From Candidatus Tepidifontimicrobium thermophilum (lineage in GTDB: Bacteria; Sysuimicrobiota; Sysuimicrobiia; Sysuimicrobiales; Sysuimicrobiaceae): a stretch of DNA of 64,000 bases. The first letter of the stretch is position 1; each line of letters starts with the position of its first letter. The notes under the pieces are model-generated. The model was not told where the DNA came from. It ran no database searches and saw only the letters and a program-made list of their open reading frames with translations. Below are positions 58,078-64,000 of the stretch, in pieces. The stretch spans positions 42,775 to 106,774 of the forward strand of contig JAVKHO010000010.1 in assembly GCA_031459915.1 (NCBI GenBank). The letters are read 5' to 3'. A program made the position numbers and the translations under genes.

Positions 58078-59706
58078 CTAGCCCCAGGACCAGTCCCGGA
58101 ACTGATCCCGGAGCTTGGCCTTCTGGAACTTCCCCGCGGACGTCTTGGGGATTTCGGAGACGAACACGAACGCGTCCGGCAGCCACCACCGGGCAAAGCG
58201 GGGCGCGAGGAACTCCCGCAGCTCCTCCGCGCTGGCCTGCTGGCCTTCCCGCAGGACCACCACCGCCAGCGGCCGCTCTCCCCACTTGGGGTGCGGCACC
58301 GCCACCACCGCCGCCTCCTTCACCGCGGGGTGGCCCATGAGGGCGTTCTCCACGTCCACGGAGCTGATCCACTCCCCTCCGGACTTGATGAGGTCCTTGG
58401 TGCGGTCCACGATCTTCACGTAGCCCTCGGAGTCGATGGTCACCACGTCCCCGGTGCGGAACCACCCGTCAGAAGTCCACCGGTCGGGATCCTCCCCGCC
58501 GTGGTACGAGGCTGCCACCCAGACTCCCCGTACCTGCAGCTCCCCCATGGTCTTCCCGTCCCACGGGACCTCACCCTGGTCGGAGACGGCCCGGACCTCC
58601 ACCAGCGGGGCGGGCAGGCCCTGCTTGGCGCGGTACGTGTACTGCTGGTCTTCCGGCAGGTCGGCCAGGGTGCTCTTGAGGCGGCTCACGGTCCCGAGAG
58701 GGCTCATCTCCGTCATGCCCCACGCGTGCAGCACGTGGAACCCCAGCTGGTCGTACGCCCGGATCATGGCCTCCGGTGCCGCGGACCCACCCACCACCAG
58801 GGTGCGGAGCTTCAGCTTCCACCGCTGGGGCTCCTTCCGCAGTGCGTCCAGGACGCCCAGCCAGACGGTGGGAACCCCTGCGGTCACGGTCACGCCCTCG
58901 GACTCGAACAGCTCCAGCAGGCTCGCCGGGTCCAGGTGAGGGCCCGGGAACACCTGCTTGCAGCCCAGCAGGGTGGCACCGAAAGGAATTCCCCAGGCGT
59001 TCACGTGGAACATGGGCACCACCGGGCAGACCACGTCCCGCTGGCTCAGCCCCAGGGCGTCCGGTAACGCCGCGGCCAGGGTGTGGATCACCAGGGACCG
59101 GTGGCTGTACACGACCCCCTTCGGGCGGCCGGTGGTGCCGGACGTGTAGCACATCCCCACGGGCGCTTCCTCGTCCAGGGGCGGGTAGTCCCAGGAGCCC
59201 GTGGCGGTCGCCAGGAGGTCCTCGTAGCTCTCGTAGCCCGCGGGCACCGGCGCGCCCGTGAGCGGCACCACGAAGACCCGCTCGAACGAGACGTGAGGCC
59301 GGACCTGCTCCACCAGGGGCAGCAGTACGTCGTCCGCGATGAGGAAGCGGTCCTGCGCGTGGCCGGCGATGTACGCGATGTCCGAGGGGTGCAGCCGGAT
59401 GTTCAGGGTGTGAAGGACGCCACCCGCGCAGGGGACCCCGAAGTACGCCTCCAGGTGCGCGAAGTGGTTCCACATCAGGGTGGCGACCCGGTCCCCGGGC
59501 CGCAGACCAGCCCGCTGCAGGGCTTCCGCCAGGCGGCGGGCCCTGCGGTAGAAGTCCGCGTAGGTGTAGCGGTGCAGGGAGCGGTCCGGCAGGCGGGAGA
59601 CGACCTCCACCTTCGGGTACAGTTTCGCCGCGCGCTCCAGGAAGTGCGGCAGGGTCAAGGGCACCCGCATCATGGTGTGCTGCAGGGTTTCCGTGCGGGT
59701 CTGCAC
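58078..59706 (-). CDS. medium/long-chain fatty-acid-CoA ligase (AlkK/DmdB-like)
   Basis: CYTSGTTGRPKGVVYSHRS, PMFHVNAWG, WGMTEMSP and KSGGEWISS motifs; start inferred. Confidence 0.9.
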   Translation of the reverse strand: MQTRTETLQHTMMRVPLTLPHFLERAAKLYPKVEVVSRLPDRSLHRYTYADFYRRARRLAEALQRAGLRPGDRVATLMWNHFAHLEAYFGVPCAGGVLHTLNIRLHPSDIAYIAGHAQDRFLIADDVLLPLVEQVRPHVSFERVFVVPLTGAPVPAGYESYEDLLATATGSWDYPPLDEEAPVGMCYTSGTTGRPKGVVYSHRSLVIHTLAAALPDALGLSQRDVVCPVVPMFHVNAWGIPFGATLLGCKQVFPGPHLDPASLLELFESEGVTVTAGVPTVWLGVLDALRKEPQRWKLKLRTLVVGGSAAPEAMIRAYDQLGFHVLHAWGMTEMSPLGTVSRLKSTLADLPEDQQYTYRAKQGLPAPLVEVRAVSDQGEVPWDGKTMGELQVRGVWVAASYHGGEDPDRWTSDGWFRTGDVVTIDSEGYVKIVDRTKDLIKSGGEWISSVDVENALMGHPAVKEAAVVAVPHPKWGERPLAVVVLREGQQASAEELREFLAPRFARWWLPDAFVFVSEIPKTSAGKFQKAKLRDQFRDWSWG

Positions 59707-59788
59707 GCGTTCCACCCCCCTTCGCCCGCCAGCGGTTCGCCGCCGCCGGGCCAAAACCCTGCCGGACGATCGGTCGACACTTGAGGGA

Positions 59789-62461
59789 CTACCGGCGGCG
59801 GGCGAGCTCCTCCAGCACCCGGCCCAGGGCTTCCAGCTCCCGCTGGAACCCGGCCAGGTCTCCGCGGCGCAGCAGCTCCTGGGCGAGCCGGTACCGGCGC
59901 AGGGCCTCGGCGGCCAGGTCGGGGCGCGGGGAACTTGCGCCGGGAGCCGTCGGCGGAGGCGCCCTGCCTTCCAGGACCTGAGACAGCGCTTCGTCCAGGG
60001 TGGCGGCCATGGCCACCCGTGGCCCCTGGGCCACCACCACCCGCCGCAGCTCGGGCAGCTGGCTGCGCTCGGCCTGCAGGAAGATGGGCTCCACGTACAG
60101 GAGGGACTGTTCCACGGGGACCACCAGGAGGTTGCCCCGGATCACGCGGGAGCCCTGCTGGTTCCACAGGGTCAGCTGCTGGCTGATGTAGGGGTCCTGG
60201 TTGATGCGGGACTCCACCTGCATGGGCCCGAAGACCACGCGGTCCTTGGGGAAGGTGAACACCTGTAGTTCGCCCAGGTTCGGCGGGTCGTTGCGGGCCG
60301 CGAGCCAGGCCACCATGTTGTCCCGGCGCTGCGGGGTCATGGGCAGGATGAGGACGAACTCCACCGTCCCCGCGGGAGCGTCGGGCAGGCGCAGCGTGAC
60401 GTAGTACGGCTCCACGGGCTGCGGGCGGTCCGCGAAGATCTCGTTGGCCACCGCCCACACGTCCTCCCGGTTGTAGAAGACCCGGGGGTCGCGCATGTGG
60501 TAGGTGGCGTACACCTGGGCCTGCACCTCGAACAGGTCCAGGGGGTAGCGCAGGTGGGCCCGCAGGGAAGCGGGCAGCTCGTCGAGGGGGCGGAACAGCC
60601 CCGGGAAGATGCGGGCGTACACCCGCAGCACGGGGTCGGCGGGGTCCGCCACGTAGAACCGCACGTCCCCGTGGTAGGCGTCCACCACCGCCTTCACGGA
60701 GTTCCGGATGTAGTTGAACGGACCTGTCGGCTGGCTGTACGGGTAGCGGTCGCTGGTGGTGTACGCGTCCACCACCCAGAACACCCGGCCGTCCGCCACC
60801 ACCGCGTAGGGGTCCCGGTCGTACGAGAGGAAGGGTGCCAGGCGCCGGACCCGCTCGGGCACCGCGCGCGCGAACAGGACGCGGCTTTCGGAGGTCAGGT
60901 CGGTGGACAGCAGCACGCGCCAGTCCCCGAACCGGGTGGCGAAGGCCATGCGCCTGAGCCAGCCCCGCAGGGGGATCCCTGCGCGGCCCTGGTACCGCGT
61001 GGTGACGTTCTCGTCGCCCCGGGGGTAGTCGAACTCCTCCACCCGGGTGTGGACGATCACGTAGTTGCGGGTCAGCTCGCCGAAGTAGATCTCCGGACGG
61101 TCCAGCCGGAGTTCCGGAAACTCCGCCCGGGGCGGGATGTCCCGCAGCCACAGCTCCGGCAGGCCCTCTTCAGAGATCCGGTGCACGGGGGACGCCACCA
61201 CCCCGTAGCCGTGGGTGTACACGAGGTGCTCGTTCACCCACGTGCGCGCCTGGGGCGGCAGGCGGGAGGTGTCCAGCTCCCGCACCGCCAGCATGAGCTG
61301 CTGCTGGCGCCCGCCGACCGGGTACCGGTCGATGTCCACGTCGGAGAAGGTGTAGTAGGCCCGCAGGCTCTGCAGCTGGCGGAAAGTCTCCAGCAGGGGC
61401 CGGTAGTCCCACAGGCGGACGTTGTCCAGGGTGGCCCGCTGCCGCTGGACGGCCGCGGGGTCCAGCCGGTCCTGGGGTTGGAAGGGCACGAGCCGCACCC
61501 TGTGGAGCCCGTACGCCCGCAGGGTGGACTCGACGTGCGCCCGGAGGTACGGGGCCTCCCGGCTGAGTTCCGCGGGTGCGACCACCAGCTGCTGGACCAG
61601 AGGAGGTACCACCCCCACGCCCACGAACCACGCCGCCACCATCACCGCCAGGACCCCGGCCGCGAAGCGGAGGGTCCGCAGCCACACGTTCAGGAACAGC
61701 AGCGCCGCGCATACTGCCGCGAGGGCAGCGAGCAGCTGCAGCGCCGGCAGCCGGGCGTGGGCGTCCGCGTAGGTGATCCCGAACACCAGGCCCCGCTGGG
61801 AGGTGAGCAGCTCGTACGCGTCCAGCCGGAACCCCCCGGCCCGGACGAGGAGCAACAGCCCGGCCACCAGGGACAGGTGCGCCCTCGCTCCTGGCGGAAG
61901 CCGCAACAGGCCCCGCAGGCTCAGACGGGACGTGGCGGCCAGTAGGTACACGGCCAGCGCGCCCGCGCCGGCCACCAGCAGCCAGCCCCACAGCAAGTGC
62001 TGCAGGAACCGCCAGAAGGGCAGCCGGAACAGGTAGAAGGAAACGTCCAGCCCGAACACCGGGTCCTGTTCTCCCGCGGGCGCGGCGTGCAGGAACTGCT
62101 GGAACGCCACCCACTGACCGGTGCTGGCAAGCCCCGCCAGGACAGCCACCGCCGCGCAGCCCGGCCCCAGCCAGCGCCGCAGGCCAGGGCGCGGGACGTA
62201 CCGGGTCCCGTCAAGCCGCAGCTCCACCCGCGCGGGAGGCGGCAGGGCCCGCAGGGCGACCCGCAGGTTCAGGTACAGGATCGCCCACACCACCGCGGCC
62301 ACGAAGGCGAACAGCCCTGCCTTCGACAGGGCCGGTACCCAGAACACGCGGGGATATCCGAGTTCTACGAACCACAACCAGTCCGTGTACCAGTAGGCCA
62401 CGGTGGGCCACACCACCAGGGCCGTGGCCAGCACAATCAAGAGGTAGACCCGCCACGCCAA
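59789..62461 (-). CDS. UPF0182 family membrane protein
   Basis: YTDWLWF, DPVFGLDVSFYLF, NVRLWD, YTHGYG, NYIRNSVK and IRGNLLV motifs. Confidence 0.9.
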   Translation of the reverse strand: MAWRVYLLIVLATALVVWPTVAYWYTDWLWFVELGYPRVFWVPALSKAGLFAFVAAVVWAILYLNLRVALRALPPPARVELRLDGTRYVPRPGLRRWLGPGCAAVAVLAGLASTGQWVAFQQFLHAAPAGEQDPVFGLDVSFYLFRLPFWRFLQHLLWGWLLVAGAGALAVYLLAATSRLSLRGLLRLPPGARAHLSLVAGLLLLVRAGGFRLDAYELLTSQRGLVFGITYADAHARLPALQLLAALAAVCAALLFLNVWLRTLRFAAGVLAVMVAAWFVGVGVVPPLVQQLVVAPAELSREAPYLRAHVESTLRAYGLHRVRLVPFQPQDRLDPAAVQRQRATLDNVRLWDYRPLLETFRQLQSLRAYYTFSDVDIDRYPVGGRQQQLMLAVRELDTSRLPPQARTWVNEHLVYTHGYGVVASPVHRISEEGLPELWLRDIPPRAEFPELRLDRPEIYFGELTRNYVIVHTRVEEFDYPRGDENVTTRYQGRAGIPLRGWLRRMAFATRFGDWRVLLSTDLTSESRVLFARAVPERVRRLAPFLSYDRDPYAVVADGRVFWVVDAYTTSDRYPYSQPTGPFNYIRNSVKAVVDAYHGDVRFYVADPADPVLRVYARIFPGLFRPLDELPASLRAHLRYPLDLFEVQAQVYATYHMRDPRVFYNREDVWAVANEIFADRPQPVEPYYVTLRLPDAPAGTVEFVLILPMTPQRRDNMVAWLAARNDPPNLGELQVFTFPKDRVVFGPMQVESRINQDPYISQQLTLWNQQGSRVIRGNLLVVPVEQSLLYVEPIFLQAERSQLPELRRVVVAQGPRVAMAATLDEALSQVLEGRAPPPTAPGASSPRPDLAAEALRRYRLAQELLRRGDLAGFQRELEALGRVLEELARRR

Positions 62462-62462
62462 C

Positions 62463-63026
62463 CTACCCGCCCTCCTCCTGCTCCCACCGCCTGTTCCGGT
62501 ACTTCCACGCCCGCGCCCGGCCGGAGTCCACGTCGAACCCGTGGGCGCGGTGCGGAGTCCACCGTCCCTGATAGGTTGCCACCACCACGCTAGCTCCCGG
62601 AGGCAGGCCGGCTGCTTCCAGCTCCTCCGCGAGGTCCCGCAGGCCGCGCAGCGCGGCGTCCAGCTCTTCGCCGTTCCGGGGGACGAACCGGCCCCGGACC
62701 ATCACCGACTGCAGGTCCCACCGGAACTGGAACTCCGGGTGGGGCTTGCCACAGGACTCGAACAGCTCGCACAGGCTCCGGCGCGCGGGCCCGGCCAGTT
62801 CCGAGCCCACCAGGCCCAGGGCCTCCCGCAGGCGCGCGGGGTCTGGGAAAGCCCCCAGGCTCAGTAGGACCGAGGCCGGTGCCTGGCGGTCCTGCCGCAG
62901 GAAGCGCATGGTCCGCGCGGGCAGCAGGGCCTTCCAGGCCGCCCGCACGCGCCGGACCCCTTCCTCCGGGAAGGCGGTCTCGTCGTAGCCGAGGACCACG
63001 CCTGTAGCCTGGTGGAAACGGCGCAC
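62463..63026 (-). CDS. hypothetical protein
   Basis: 187 aa ORF abutting the UPF0182 gene; no motif recognised. Confidence 0.55.
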   Translation of the reverse strand: MRRFHQATGVVLGYDETAFPEEGVRRVRAAWKALLPARTMRFLRQDRQAPASVLLSLGAFPDPARLREALGLVGSELAGPARRSLCELFESCGKPHPEFQFRWDLQSVMVRGRFVPRNGEELDAALRGLRDLAEELEAAGLPPGASVVVATYQGRWTPHRAHGFDVDSGRARAWKYRNRRWEQEEGG

Positions 63027-63081
63027 GTCCCGATCATACCGTGCCTGGGGCTCCGAGGTCGGCCCCCGGTTCTCCTGTTGT

Positions 63082-63486
63082 TCAGGGGCTCAGGAGGCGT
63101 ACACCGGTGAACACGGTGCGGAAGACGACGGGGTCCAGCGTGGCCACCGCCAGGCCGTGGTGCTCGGCGTGGGCCCCGACGAGGAAGTCGGCCACGATGC
63201 GCCGGGGCAGGACTCCGCCGCGCCGGGTGCGGGCGTACTCGCCCGAGGCCCTGCCGGCTCGTTCCCACACCACAGGCGGCATGTCCCACAGCACGTCCAC
63301 CTGGGCCTTTTCGAGGAACGCCCGGAGCCCCTCCCAGCTCCGGGAGGCGGCTAGTTCGGAGTAGACCACCGGGCAGATGGCAAGCGCTTCCGACCCCACC
63401 TGATCGAGGAGTTGGAGCGCCTGGAGGTGGCAGGCATCCTCGGGATCGAAGGCGGCAAGGAGGACGTTCGTGTCAAGGCTGATCAT
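63082..63486 (-). CDS. vapC: VapC-like PIN-domain toxin
   Basis: LDTNVL..YSEL..ADFLVGAHA..ATLD PIN acidic residues. Confidence 0.88.
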   Translation of the reverse strand: MISLDTNVLLAAFDPEDACHLQALQLLDQVGSEALAICPVVYSELAASRSWEGLRAFLEKAQVDVLWDMPPVVWERAGRASGEYARTRRGGVLPRRIVADFLVGAHAEHHGLAVATLDPVVFRTVFTGVRLLSP

Positions 63487-63736
63487 CGCCCCACCGGAGC
63501 TTCCGGACGTACCTCACCGCATCCCCTCCGGTTTCCTCGTGGAGGGGCTGGAAGTCGAACTGCTCCAGGACGTCCCTGACGACAGCCGCGGGACTCGGCC
63601 TGACCTTTCTGAGCTCCACGTGGTCTCCGACCACGCGGAGTTCCAGGCGGTCCCCGGGCTTGATCCCCAGGGCCTTCCGGACGGCCGCTGGGATGGTGAT
63701 CTGCATCTTGCTGCTGACCGTGGAAGTCGTAGCCAT
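63473..63736 (-). CDS. vapB: AbrB/MazE/SpoVT-family antitoxin
   Basis: SSKMQITIPAAVRKALGIKPGDRL; overlaps the PIN gene. Confidence 0.88.
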   Translation of the reverse strand: MATTSTVSSKMQITIPAAVRKALGIKPGDRLELRVVGDHVELRKVRPSPAAVVRDVLEQFDFQPLHEETGGDAVRYVRKLRWGDDQP

Positions 63737-63737
63737 A

Positions 63738-63774
63738 GCTTTACCAGGATAGCAAAGAACACGAGGTAAAGCAA
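63738..63774 (-). promoter_or_regulatory. vapBC promoter (TTGCTT-N17-TATCCT) with inverted repeat GCTTTACC/GGTAAAGC
   Basis: Read directly; the -10 lies 9 nt upstream of the ATG. Confidence 0.65.
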
Positions 63775-64000
63775 ATTACGCTTGGCGAAGGTCACCAAGC
63801 ACGCCTCGGCTGTACGGGCTGCCGGCTCTGCCCTTCGTCTGAATTTTGATGCGCCTCGCGTTCATCGCGCCGTGAGTCAGCCGCGCTCGAAGTAGCTGTT
63901 GCGCACGTCTAACGGGCCAGGTGGCTGAGGAGCCCGGGCTAGGACGATCGCCTTTACACCGGCCTTACCCTAGGAAAGCCGCCAGAGGGCGGGGACGGGG

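Noticed and set aside
63790..64000. ncRNA or mobile-element end in the final non-coding stretch
   Set aside because: No recognisable structure, terminal repeat or ORF; truncated by the window edge

Overview
Very GC-rich bacterial window, probably from a thermophile (inferred from GC-rich rRNA stems; taxonomy not assigned). About 51 kb (1-51190) is a large aromatic/acyl-CoA catabolic region. It holds three tandem UbiD (de)carboxylases, a 4-hydroxybenzoyl-CoA reductase-like Mo enzyme (hcrCAB) and a class I ATP-dependent benzoyl-CoA reductase (bcrCBAD). It also holds dienoyl-CoA hydratase-like and BadH-like enzymes, lower-pathway beta-oxidation genes including glutaryl-CoA dehydrogenase, and a divergent PaaABCD-like di-iron oxygenase operon bracketed by two benzoate-CoA-ligase-family genes. 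Two Liv-type ABC importers, a two-subunit CoA-transferase and an inserted mntR-mntH-usp module complete the region. One 16-bp palindrome (TTGACYG-NN-CRGTYAA) occurs five times, in front of both the O2-sensitive reductase operons and the O2-dependent oxygenase operon. Next comes a complete 16S-23S-5S rRNA operon with a tRNA-less spacer. Its 23S gene carries two group I introns (E. coli-equivalent positions ~1931 and ~2593), each encoding a LAGLIDADG homing endonuclease. The window ends with an acyl-CoA ligase, a UPF0182 membrane protein, a hypothetical gene and a vapBC toxin-antitoxin pair. The best candidates for undescribed biology are (i) a Paa-like epoxidase apparently devoted to benzoyl-CoA and co-regulated with benzoyl-CoA reductase, and (ii) an amidohydrolase + BadH pair standing where Had/Oah or BadI would be expected. 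All functional calls come from motif recognition by eye; no database searches were run.
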